Below, piece by piece: positions 32,541-45,215 of a stretch of 64,000 nt of DNA. The first letter of the stretch is position 1. Each line of letters begins with the position of its first letter. The stretch lies in the NCBI GenBank assembly GCA_964234715.1, contig OZ174285.1. One strand, given 5' to 3'. The translations under genes were made by a program, and so were the position numbers. The notes under the pieces were generated by a model, which was given only the letters and a program-made list of their open reading frames with translations, was not told the DNA's origin and ran no database searches. This DNA comes from Podarcis melisellensis. Its lineage: Eukaryota.

Positions 32541-35500
32541 CCCGACCAAGCGCGATTTAAAAACCGTCAAGTTTACGACGCCTCCAGGAAACCAGCGCGA
32601 CTCCGGCTCCTCCCCCCTCTCCCGTATACCACCGGCCTTCCCACCGCGTTCTACGCATGCGCCACGCACGCGGGCAAATGACGCCTCCCCCTGCCCGCCG
32701 AGGTTTCCGCCGGTCGTGACAACAGCCTCTCAACATAGAGATAGGAAAGGATAGACGAGCAGGCGAAATCCCTCATAGAGCTGTTACGGGGATAGAAAAA
32801 CCCGTGGTGTTCTTCTCGGGTCGCAACTTCTCCGCCTACCCAGGAGTGCTAGTGAGGGCTGTCCATTAAAAAAAGAGAGAGAGGAGAAATTCGGGGTTTC
32901 GACATAACTGATCATTGGGAAGCTGCAGCTTTGTCTGCCTAAAGAAAGGTAGCGGCAGAGGAACCCCCTGCTTTGATTTCTAGTGACTGTTTTGTACACG
33001 TTTAAAAGCACCTTGCCGGTGAACTCCAGTATCCCCATATTGTTAGTGTGCCCCTGGGGTGGGGAGGGGCACTGGGGATGACCAGCTGGTGACAGGCCAG
33101 AACTGTATACCATTGTTAATATTGCTGGGAGGTGGGGGGTTTGCTAGTCAAAAGCACCCTTCAGATTGCAGCAGGGCCAGCGCTACCATTGGGCAGAGAG
33201 AAGCAGCAGTTGCACCAGCAGTCAGACCTTATCAGTTGGATGTACAACTGTGCATATCATATTGCCAGCCCTTTGACTTGGTGAGCTAGCCTGATGCCCT
33301 CAGAAGTGGTAGATGTGTGCTGTTTTATCGTAACAAATAATGTGAAAAGTTGGGGGGGGGACCCTGTTAACTCATCTCATTGCTTCTGTGAGAGCCCTCT
33401 GCTGCCCTTACACATCTTGCTAAAGTCTAAATTCCTGTTTCCCAGCTGTCACTGCCATCCCAAAAGAGAGGGGTGGGGAAGCTTGTTGTTAAGCAGTGTT
33501 AGTCTTGCAACAAAAACAAGTGTTGTGGCACTTTAAGCAGAGGTGGAGAACCTGTGGCCCACAAGATATTGTTACTCTCACTGGTCATGCTGACCAAGGC
33601 TGGTGGGAACTGAAGTCGAACTCAACACCTGGAGAGGCACAGGTTCTCATCCCTGCTTGAAAATGAGTATTTAATATGGTATCAGCTTTCATGGACCACA
33701 ATCCACTGCATTGGATCATATATAAATTGCAATCATAAGTTGGCAAGTATATACACATAGTTTAGTGAAAACTATAGGGGAGTGAGCAAACTCCAGTGAA
33801 CCTCAACCACTTTGCTCAAGCAGCTCCCTCTTTTCAAGTTCCCAAGTGCCAAGGCAGCCACTACACCTGACTACAGCAGTAAAGATAACATAATAAATGC
33901 ATGTTTGGTTGCACACAAATGAGTCTGAGAAAATATAAATGCAGCACAATGTGATACAAGTTTATTTACTCAGAAGCAAATTCCCAAAAAATAAGTAGGC
34001 ATGCACATACTGGTTGTTTTGTTGTTGTTTGGGCTTTCCAAACAAAAGATGCATTTATTACTCTATTTATTTTCAGGATTTATACCCTGCGGCTTTTTAT
34101 TTAAGGCCACTTTGTAGATAAACTAAAGAGCAAAATAAGCACTCCAAAATTAACAGTTGCAGCTTTATTTGTAATCAACCCATCACATTTAGAAGATTCC
34201 ACAATTTGATGTAGGTTGGAGCAGAACCCATTTTGTTCAAACGGAAATGTCATTTCTTGATGACCAGGGAATCAAAAGGGAAGTAGATATCCTGCTACAA
34301 TGTGGATGCGACCAGCATTTTATTTGCAAGGCGTGTTTATTGCCTTCCTTGGCAGATTTTATTCATGCATTTATTTTTAAGAAGTGCTATAGTTCAGTGG
34401 TAGCACATATGCTTTGCATTTTAAAAAAGTTCCAGGTTCAGTCTCTGGAAGCTGTATGCAATAGATGGGAAACCTCTTTACAATGAAATTTATACATAAC
34501 AGGATCTCCCTATACTTCCAACACTTTCCACTTATAGAATTCTCACTTAAGAAGACAGCTTTATCAATCCCTGCCCCTCTCCCCCCACTCAGAAACCATT
34601 TCCAGTGATCCTTGCAAACTTGGGAGTGGTTGGAAGATAGGGGAAAAAAGTTCCAGGCCTCAACTCTAACTGATGTGAGTAGCTTGAACTTATAATATGT
34701 TTCTAAAGCACAAAGATGAGCAGGAGCAAGGTCAGGACGACATGGGTGCAGCAGGAGTGTCAGATTGATTGTAGTGCTCCCAGCCATATAACTGGGTAGG
34801 CCTGACCTTACTAGATAAGCAACAGTGACACTAGTGTTGGGAGGGTATCTCTGGCTACTACTATGTGTACTGATAGATGCCTCATTTCATTAAAATAAAT
34901 GGGTACCTGAGCCTTCAGAAGATCCTCATTTCACATCACAACTGATGAGGATCACAGGAACAAAGTCCATTTTGAGACCAAAGGATAGTATCAATACTAA
35001 ACTTGATTGATGAGTAGATGGTGCAAACATTTTAATTTCTTATTCTTTTGAGATTTCAAAAGAAAAACCTCTAGTTATTAGCATAACTTAGAGATACATT
35101 TTAAAACGAGTTCCTGCATATTTGGACTACATTTCATCTAACAAGCAGGCTGAGTGAGAGTAGTACCTACAAGTGGAATTGTCAAGAATGGAGGCCTGTA
35201 TTTCTTTCCAAAAGAGCAGGCAGATAAGTTTGCAATAATATGTAACTGATGTTTAATAAATGCAGTTCATCCACTAACACCTGAAAGTTCTGTCTTGATA
35301 CTGTCTCTCACATCCGCCACCCTTTAAAAAAACTCTCCCAAAGGACATGATTGATGCTGTTGGAGAGAAGAAACAAATATTGCTTTCCTTCCTGCCAGGC
35401 AGGCATTACATGAACAGTGAAAACTCCACGAGATTTTGCTGTTCTTCCTTAGTGTATCAACAACAGCTACAAAGGAGATAACAAAACCATTATTGCTAAG

Positions 35501-35750
35501 TAGAACAAATAAAATAAAATTTTAATTGTAGAGTTGTATAAAGTGGAGTCACAATTTCTCAAAACAGAATGGTCTTCTGTTCTAGGACACCACCACTTTC
35601 TGAAGAAGCATTTACCTTCTCATCCCTCGTGAAATACCTTTAACAAAGCTATTTGCTTTTAGACTTTTATAACATTCAGAGAGTGAGGAAGGCCTTTGTT
35701 GTGAATATAAGAGTTTGTTGTACACCAGTAGCTAACCGGAGTCTTGTGCG

Positions 35751-38700
35751 TTATTCTGGACCTCCACGCTGTAAGAAAAAATATTGGTTATTTATCTTTC
35801 AACAGAAAGAAAAATCAATTCTTGCACTGATATCTATTTGCATTTGGATAAAGTGACTGATGTCTAACTTTATAGGGATATACAGAACAGCAAGCCACAC
35901 ATAATTTTTCTGTTGCCATTTGGACTTTTCTGTAGTGTGCTATATCCCACTTACTATTTACGGGTCCAGTAAATTAACTGCCTGCCTGTATTTCTGTATT
36001 TTTCAAAACAATATAAATTTGAGTCCCTTGGGCCCAACCCACAGTTGTGCACTAAGTGTCCTCCCCCAAACACTGCAATCTTGAACATGAAACTATTTCA
36101 TGTAATCCAGGAAGGTCATGTGGGATTTGGAGTAAAGTGTCATCAAAATGTGGATGACACCCATGGCTATTTCTCCTTTTTGTCCAAGCAAAACAGCTGA
36201 TGTTCCGAACATCCATTTTAAGATAGGTGGTGCGAACACTTGGCTTTCCAGACATTGCTGAATTACAACTTCATCGTTCTGGGTGATGTGCTATTCTTGC
36301 TGGAATTCATGAGAGTAGTTCAGTGACATCTGGAAGGATAAAGGTTCTCCACACCTGCACAGGTAGTGAACCCGGGTTGAAACCAATGGAAGAAGTAAGG
36401 AGCCAAGTTATGGATTGGTTACAGTACCATCCATTATATGATTTGTATAAAACAGACTAAAAAATGGATTTTGGACCAAAGCTCACAGTTTGAAAGAGAG
36501 TTACTATGGAATTAGGATAAATTATTGTCTAAAATGTATAACATTGCTAGAATGGGAAACAAACCATAGATTTAAACCTCTGGGAGAAACTCTGGAAGAA
36601 TGATTTCCAATTCTCTGCATATTATACATTGAAAGAGAATTATATGAAAATGATTCATAGATAGTATTTAACTCTGGGTGGGCACTAATAAACTGGAGCT
36701 GACTAAAGATAAAATACCTAGTGGTATCTTATCTGAAGTTGAAGATGCTATCTTGTACTGTATGGGGTTGCACTCCTACAGGGATATTAGATATAGAAGC
36801 TAGGGATACTGCATACTGAGATTGTTTTCATAGCACTAAGTACCTTTATGCCAGCTACTCACTCTCCTACACAAGTTGTCCATGCTTTAGTAACACAAAG
36901 GGCTGATTACCATAACACATTATATATGGAGCTGCCTCTGAAAATTTAAACTGGTTCAGAATGCAGCAGCTAGGTTGCAGATCATGGCTTGTTATGCAAA
37001 CATACACCTGCTCTAAAGATCAACAGTGGCTTTCAGATTGTTCCTGAGAACAATGCAAACTGCTGTTTTAAACATTTAAAGCTCGGCTGTCTAAGAGCAG
37101 GCTTCTACAATGTTTCACCCACTTCCATATCAACTGGCCTGGGAACTGATCGTCATAGCTTCAACACAGAAAACATTAAAACATGTTATTATATATGTTG
37201 GAAGCTGCTCAGAGTGGCTGGGGCAACCCAGTCAGATGGGCAGGGTACAAATAATAATGATAATGATTATGATAATTGTGATATACAGTATCTACAGGAA
37301 CAGAAGTACCAGGCCTCTGAATACCAGTTGCTGAAAAACAATAATGAAAAAGAGCTATTGGCAACAGGTCCTTCTTGTAGACTATCCATAGGTCTCTAGT
37401 CTGATCCAGCAGAGGTTTTGTGTTTTTATCATCAGAAACTTTCTCTGGGTGCCCCAATTGGTGAAGTTTAGAAAAGGTTAGGAGAGAGGGGCCCCTTTCT
37501 GCAGTTGCACCCATCTGTGGAACTTCATCCCAAGAAAGATAAACCTGGTGACCTAATTTTTTCTAGGCACTAGGCTGTCTTATTATCCAGGTTTTGGCAG
37601 TTTGGTTTTTCACCTAATGCTTATTTTATTGTTTGGCTATGAGTCTGTTGGAACTGTTTCAATGCTGGTTATTGTTTTATCAACGCAGCACTAGATTGCA
37701 GACATTCCCATTGACTGCCCTAGGCTTTTATTTTGGAACTGTTTAAACTATTTCATTTAATGGCCACCTTGTGTCCAATTTATAAAAGAAAGGCAACATA
37801 ATAGATATTTCAGTAAAACAAATGCAACGAATAAATTATGTAGGAAATCTTTGGGACCTTACTTGGATATACTCCATCTCTTCCACCGACATGGGTTTCC
37901 TTCTATATTTTTGAGGTAACGTTTTTACTAACTCTGAAGTGTCAGGTGTGCCTTGAATTCTACTGGAGAATGAAATATTTGTAGATGATGACGGCCCACC
38001 TCCTGCAGAGAGTTGTGAGGCTGAACCATGAGGCAGAGGCACTCTTGACTGTAGAGGCTCCTGTACTGAAGGAACAAGAGACAAGTTCTAAACCATTTAC
38101 TTTAGCAAAAATATTCAGGAAACCCTAGATCATGAAGCATTCAGAGTAATAGCCATGTTATTCCGTTGCAGAAAAAACAACAAAAATAACTTTTTTTAAG
38201 TGAAAGGGGGAATTTTGGAATGGTATGTTCAAAGAAACAGCAAATGTCAGTTAACACCAATTTCCAGTCTAAGCAAAAGAAATATGGCGACTAAGGCTGC
38301 GATCCTATGCACTCTTACATGGAAATAGGTCACATGGAATCCAATAAAACATACTTACAAATACACAAGCCTGGGATGGGATGGTATTATGGCAAACTTT
38401 TTCTAAACATTACTAGATAAAATTAACAAACATTTACAAAAAGAGATACTTACTTGTAGGTTTGGGAGTACTTCTTCTATCTGGAAACTTAATTAAGGGT
38501 GTATGTGGCTTCACTACCTGGAGTAAAACAGGTAAATGGAAGGCAATGTAAGATAACTACGACAGCAATTCAATATACATATTTGCATTTTCTTGCAAAG
38601 CACCCTACACCAAGCACTGTTGCTGAATGGCATTTTAGTGGGGAGCCCAACCCAACTCCTTTTGGAACAGAACACTGGCAACAGCAATGGCTTCTGAGTA

Positions 38701-39578
38701 GAATGGGATACTTGGGAGCAAAATACAAAGACATTTGAAGAGTTCAACTTTTACATTTGAAATGTTGGAGCAGTTGAAGAACAAAACCTATCATGTAAAC
38801 TCTAGAAACACTGCCCACTTATTCATTCACAATCTAATGCTATCCAAAGACAAATGAAACATAGCTGGTGGACTATTGTACTACACAAGGCAGCAGGTTT
38901 ATCTGCATGGATAGTTAACAAGCACTAAGTACAAGGTCCAGTGGTTGTACTTGAATTAATTGCACAGATTTCTCCAGAAGTGTTTCTTTACACATTATTA
39001 TTTCTATTGCAGAGAAGAAAGGGTTTTTTGTTCTGTTTACTGTTTACCTAAGGGGTGGTCAGGAAGTATATCACTTGCTATCCTCACAGAATGTTGCTCA
39101 CAAGTGGCAGTCTATAGCTGCTGTGATGTCTGAAATGTAGATAATTTGTTATGTTCTGCAAGAGTAAAGTGTGCTGGAATAAACGTGCATGACAGAAATA
39201 TGATAGGAAACGTGCATGACAGAAATATGATAGGAAAACTACCTTTTTCTAATTCCCTTTTAAAGCCATCTAAGAGCCAAACTAGAAGTGGCACTAAAAG
39301 AATTATTAGCAACGATGTTTACATTTTTTAAAAAAACAAACCAATGGCAAGTATGAAAATGGGATTTTTGTTGGAACTGTAGTTATGGAAAGGCTTAAAT
39401 CTAACTTCAATACAAGCTGCAGTACTGATGAAAAGCACCTCCTCCTGCTCCTGGCATTATTTTCATTTAAAGCATAAAATAAGTGGCTAATAATGGCACA
39501 TTTTGCATCAAGTCTAGTTTGGCACAACTTGTGGCAGTGAATTCCCTAAGTTAATGAATGCTTTGTGCACATTAGTTT

Positions 39579-39635
<57 letters not shown>

Positions 39636-41614
39636 GTGTCTATGAAATACCCTGCAAAGTCTGCCCAGCCACGTACATTGGACAAACAAACAGACGAATA
39701 AATGCACGTATCGCAGAACACAAGAATGCCGTCAAAAAAGAAGAAAAAACTTCCTCTCTTTTCCAACACATGAAAGAAACAGGACACGAAATTAATTTTG
39801 CAGATTCCAAATTGCTCTTTAACATGGAACATCACCACAAGAGAATAATCATGGAAGCCATCGAGATAGAGAAACACCCTCACAACATGAACAAGCGTGA
39901 CGACACATCCCGCTTGCCAGACATCTGGAAATTAGCCCTCCCCACAAAAACTGACACCAGATCCAGAGGCACACAGAACGCCACCACCAATCAACCACAC
40001 CAGACCCAAACCCAGACCCTCTCCACAGATAAATTACAGACACCATCCAGTAGCCAAACCATGGTGGCACCTCCGGATGCTGCACCCCCCTGCAATCCCT
40101 ACACAGATCTGGCTGACACAGGCCACAAAACCACAGCTCGCCCCTATACACGAAGCCAAGCCAGAGCACAACTAAGTGCAGTACAGCCATCTTCTCAGAA
40201 AAACTCTTCACAAAGTTCAAGAGGTCAAGACACAAAGACTTTAGCAACTAATCCACACCTAATGACCCACCTAAGTGGTACTCAGGATATCACCCAAGAA
40301 ATCACTCAAGATATCCCTCAAGTAATTAAGGAACAAAAGAAGAAAAGGCACACTAGCCTGGGAACTTCCTCTCTGCCCAGAACATTGGAGGCTATACACC
40401 ACACCCCCTCAACAGTATTTATAGGAACTCAAACACTGAGATCCTGCTCTGTTCCAGTAACAAGAAGCCGAAAGCACCAGCCTGAAGATGACGAGTGAGA
40501 CCTCGTCGAAACGTCGCCTAGACACCCCAACTTTTACACGGGAAGACACCCGAGGACACCAAAACCTGCATTCCTGTACCCGTGAAAATCTACGAAAGCA
40601 TATATATATATATATATATATATATGGCTATTCCAGTTCTACTGCCAAAGATCAATTTCATGGGATGACCTGAGTTCCAATATTATGAAAGAGGAAGAAA
40701 AAGTTATTCCGCACTCCAAACAATGTCTTTCCCTATACACCTTTTGCTTTTCCACCCTAAACTTAAGATGTACAAATATTTAAGTAAGGTGCTCTAGCCA
40801 CCTTACTGCTAAAGGACAGGAAACTGCCAGTTATTTTGGTTATTATCACCATCCTGCTCGCTGTCCCAAGCACTAAAAACGGACTGAGCCACTTCTCTCC
40901 AAGTCACCAAACCAGCCAGAAATCTTTTAAGGCATTGCCTGTGAGCAAAAACGGGGTCAAACTGCTTGTCAACATGTCCAGTCCAACAGTTTATTTTCAT
41001 TTATTTTTTTAAAAAAGCGGATCTCCCTCTTTAGCCAGGGGAACTGCAAACGCTGATATTTCACTCCACTCTTATTTACAGTTGACAGGCTTGTCATTGA
41101 CACGAGGGCTGAGACGAGAGACTTAATCCGGAGTTAAATTGCAGAGTACAGAAGAATCTAATCCCGAGGCGATGAGGAAGATGATGGTGCACCGTAGGAC
41201 AGCATTGCGACCCTGTTGCTTTGAGATGGGACCCTCGGGGGGCAAAGGCGGAGGACAGGCGAAGCGACCGGGAAAGGCTGCCCAACAAACCTCTGCCTCC
41301 TCCCTCCGAAGCCGCCAAGGTGACGAGGCCCCAGCCGAGCCGCTTTCTCGCCTTCCTCTCCCGAGGTCGGCAGGCAGCGCATCCCCTCTCGACCGCCTTC
41401 CCTCCTGCGCTTTCTCCCCTGCCCGCCCAAGGGCACCGGCCTCCGCTAGTCCCACGGGGCCAGGGACCCGCTTCCCCGCCGCCGGACACCGAAGCCTGGC
41501 TCAGAGGTGCGAGGCCCGGCCGTGCGCCAAGCCGGAGCGGGGTCTCTTGCGGCAGAAGCGCCTTAAAGGACTTACCTGAACGACCCTACTGGCGGCCGCC
41601 ATCTTGCTGCCCAT
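35751..41614 (-). CDS. MRPS36: MRPS36 / KGD4 (alpha-ketoglutarate dehydrogenase adaptor), 4 exons, 107 aa
   Basis: Exons 41576-41614 (MGSKMAAASRVVQ), 38454-38517 (VVKPHTPLIKFPDRR), 37863-38065 (...LPQKYRRKPMSVEEMEYIQ) and 35751-35768 (RGGPE*). GT-AG introns; syntenic between CENPH and CDK7. Confidence 0.95.
39181..39237. repeat. 27-bp tandem duplication
   Basis: AAACGTGCATGACAGAAATATGATAGG twice, perfect. Confidence 0.9.
39581..39628. repeat. (CA)n microsatellite
   Basis: About 24 CA units at the left junction of the Penelope fragment. Confidence 0.95.
39634..40599 (+). mobile_element. 5'-truncated Penelope-like element: GIY-YIG endonuclease and terminal repeat
   Basis: VYEIPCKVCPATYIGQTNRRINARIAEH...EAIEI...MNKRDD is a PLE GIY-YIG signature. 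Frame open to 40498; hammerhead core at 40482-40515; bounded by (CA)n and (TA)n. Confidence 0.88.
40478..40520 (+). ncRNA. Minimal type I hammerhead ribozyme motif
   Basis: CTGAAGA (40482-88), T, stem II GACGAG/CTCGTC, GAAA (40508-11), CGTC. Stem I is only about 2 bp. Confidence 0.6.
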
Positions 41615-41880
41615 GGTGACCGCCCGCTGCCCGGCCCAGGCAGGGGAAAGTGCGCGCTTCGACGAGGAGCGGGCGGCGGCCTAGCGAAGCGCCGCCCACG
41701 GGAGGGGCCTTGGCGGCGACGCTCAGCGCACGGAGCGGATCCGGAGAAAGAAAAGAGGCCGGGCGTCACACGCCGCGTTACTGAACTGCTCAGAGTTCAA
41801 GCGGACAAGCCCGGGCGGGCCCCTGACACTCGCTTTGTCTCGTTTTGTCCTTAACAGCCGAGGAAAAAAATAAGTAAAAC
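41150..41880 (-). promoter_or_regulatory. CpG island / MRPS36 promoter
   Basis: CpG-rich; YY1-type CAAGATGGCGGC overlaps the second in-frame ATG. Confidence 0.75.
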
Positions 41881-41975
41881 GCTCCTACTGGGACTGGGAG
41901 AGTGTGTTTTGTTTTGTATTTCAATTGATTTCATTAGTGCAAGGCAAGCTATTCTCTAGAAAGGATGGTCTTCTG

Positions 41976-42107
41976 CAGGCATCCTCAAAGGCCCTTCAGA
42001 TGTTTTGAAACTACAATTCCCATCATCCTTGACCACTGGTCCTGCTAGCTAGGGATCATGGGAGTTGTAGGCCAAAAACATCTGGAGGCCATGGCTGAGG
42101 AAGCCTG
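41976..42107. mobile_element. Short hAT-type MITE
   Basis: CAGGC...GCCTG termini; near-perfect 8-bp TSD GTCTTCTG/GTCTTATG. Confidence 0.75.
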
Positions 42108-43059
42108 GTCTTATGGATGGTGGGGGTGTCCTAAAGCTATCAAGAAACCAATAGCAATGGCCTGCTGGATATATTTCCGATGGGAACTTCTTCATATGAG
42201 CCCTGCTGGATCAGGCCCTTGGCCCAACTCAAGAAGCATCCTGGTCCCACAGTGGCCAACTAGATACTGTTATGAGGGGGGGAAACCTGCTCCTTTTCCC
42301 TTATGGGGTACCCAAGAGCCCATACAGAGTCCTTTTGTAGGTTCTCTATTGGTAGGAGAAAATAACAGAGACCAACCAGAGAATATTGAGAAGCAAACCA
42401 GCTAGTAAGCCTCATCTTCATTAACCTGTTGGAACAAGGTTGTCACTCACCACATGCCGGAGGGAGGAGGAACCCAGAACAAAGGCCCTTATATAGACCT
42501 TTTAAATTGCCCACCCTCAAACTCGAGACCGTCCCCCAGAAACATCATACATACATCACAGAAGGGGTGTATCCTAGGACCACCTTCCCCAATGCATCAT
42601 ACATACAACACAGGGGGCTGTCTAAAACAGAATCCCGAGTGTGTTGTTTATCTCCTGTCTGGCAGGTTACCTGATTGCATTATCTGGGTTTTGGCCACTC
42701 TTTTATTATAACTACTTAATTCCTGAATCCAGGTCACACACAGGCTCACCCTATTCACAACTTAAATATGCCCTTAAGGCAGGATTGGTGAGCACAGAGG
42801 CATTTCTTCCCTCCTTGCAGAGAAACATTTGGTCAGTTTGGGAGAGTCAAAATGGTTTCCGGACTGCCTTCCTGTACTGTTTCAGACATGTGGTTTATGT
42901 ATTTATGCATGTGTTTGCCTTGTACATTTAGTTTACATATTTGAGACCTCAAATTCTTATAACAATACCTACGGCAAGTCTGCAAGCAGAACTGCTCTCT
43001 CCCATCCTGAACTATAGCTTCCACGGGGGGGGGGGGGGGGGGGAGAGAGAGAGAGAGAG

Positions 43060-44220
43060 TGCATAGCCATTATGGTTGGTAGCCTTCAGCAGACTTTATC
43101 CTCCAAGGTTTGCCTAAATCAGGGGTAGGCAGCCTAAGGCCTGTGGGCCGGATGCGGCCCAATTGCCTTCTCAATCCGGCCTGTGGACGGTCTGGGAATC
43201 AGTGGTTTTTTTACATGAGTAGAATGTGTGCTTTTATTTAAAATGCACCTCTGGGTTATTTGTGGGGCATAGGAATTCGTTCATTATTTTTTTTCAAAAT
43301 ATAGTCTGGCCCACCACATGGTCTAAGGGACGGTAGAACAGGCTACAGCTGAAAAAGGTTGCTGACCCCTGGCCTAAATTCTCCTTTAAACCATCTGGCT
43401 TGGTGGTCGTCGCTGCCTCTTGTGGGAGCAAATTCAATGGTTTTAAATATGTGCTGTGTGAAGAAGTACTTTCTTCAGCCTGTTCTGAATCTCCCAGCAT
43501 TTAGCTCCATAGGATAGCTACAAGTCTAATGTTATGAGGAAGAACAACTTGCCTTAATCCACTTTCTCCATGGCATTATCACACGCGTTTATATGTCATC
43601 TCTTAGCTAAATTAAAAAACACCTCCAAATGCTGCAGCCTTTCATTATAGGAGAATTGTTCCATTTCCTTGATCATTTTGCTTTTCACTTTTTGGAACGT
43701 TTTCCAACTCAACAATATCATTTTTGAAGTAAGGCAACCAGAACTACGGACAGCAGGAATACAGTTGCAATATAGATTTGTATAATGGCATTATGCTATC
43801 AGCAGCTTTATTTTTAATTCTTTCCTAATGATCCCTAGCATGGGATTTACATTTTTTTGCAACTGCTACGTAGTGGGTCAACATGACCCCAAGATCTTGT
43901 TCCTGGCCAATCACCACCAGTTCATACTCCATGAGCATATATGTGAAAGATTTTTTTTTTTGCCCCAGAATGCATCACTCTACAATTGTTTATCCTGAAA
44001 TGCACCTGCCATTTTACTACCAATTCACTCAGTTAGGATGGGTTCTTTGGGAGGTCTCTGCAATCCCTCCTTTAATTTAATGTCCTGGACAACTTAGTAT
44101 TTTCAGCAAACATGGTCACGCCACTGCTCACTCCTAGCTCTAGATGGTTTGTGAACAAGTTAACAGCACAGGTCCAAAAGCCAATCATTGGGGGACTCCA
44201 CTTTTTACCTCCCTTCGTAG
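43060..44220 (-). mobile_element. Degenerate CR1 LINE 3' fragment (interrupted by a MITE)
   Basis: CR1-like antisense sequence (gtgtgaagaagtactttc..., tccactttctcc..., gtacaggtcc-like); boundaries approximate. Confidence 0.6.
43120..43371. mobile_element. hAT (Charlie-like) MITE nested in CR1
   Basis: CAGGGGT...ACCCCTG TIRs; perfect 8-bp TSD GCCTAAAT (43112-19 and 43372-79). Confidence 0.88.
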
Positions 44221-45215
44221 AACCATTCCTGATGTACAAGAGTTATTTATTTGATTTATATACCACCCTTCATCTGAAGACCACAGAACGGTTCACAACC
44301 TAAAAATACAAAATGAAGATGCAAAATACACAATAAAATCAAACCAAACCAATAACCATCCTTCTACAAGAAGGCCACATCTTATTCCCATGAGTGCTAA
44401 GCTTGTAAGAGGTTTGAACCCTCCAAACCATATAGGATAACACATAAAGCTATTTTATTTCACAGCAAATGCAGCCAATACTATGGCATAACATGTATAA
44501 ACAATACAAGAATTCTAACCTATGGTCATTCTCAGTAAGATTTCTCTACCCCTGTCCTTCCCTCCATTATGTTCCTCATTATTTTAGATTTTAGAAACAC
44601 TTAAATGCACAATGTTACATGTATAATGATGGCACTGCAATAATAGCAGCAGCCAACTATTTAAATGCACAACAGTTAACTAAACATGCATAACATACCA
44701 TTGTAGTGAAGTGGCTTTGGGAATCCATTGAATATAACAAAAATGATCCCTCAAAATACTAAGCTGCTTTCCACTGGCACACATAAAAATGATGTGCTAG
44801 TTATAGGTGGTAAAGAAAGTCAAAATGTAAGGAAAGGCATTCCTGCCTTCCCAGCAGGAAATAAGATTTAAAAAGCAACCCTGTTGCTCTGTCTTCATTC
44901 CAAGGCAACAGCCAATAATTTCTCTGGAAATTGAGGAGGCGATGGGAAGAATGTTGCAGTTACAATACTCTCCGTTAATAACTCCTTCCATAAAACTGGA
45001 ATGGTTCTTCCAAGGTAGAGCAAACAAATCTAGTCATTAAGTTAGGCAACATATTTTACAGCAGGAAGTTTTCAAGTCCATCTGTGCATCAATATAATTA
45101 AGCGCCACTGCAGTTATGATTATGAAAACACACCTCTTTGTCACAATAGCTTGACAGACTACTGCTTCTCCTCTGAATCAGCAAACCATAGAAAATGTAC
45201 TGGTCTGCTGTTTCT

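Noticed and set aside
39554-39633. Start of the 314-aa ORF with an (HT)n run
   Set aside because: Chance in-frame read through the (CA)n microsatellite into a truncated Penelope; not a real N-terminus.
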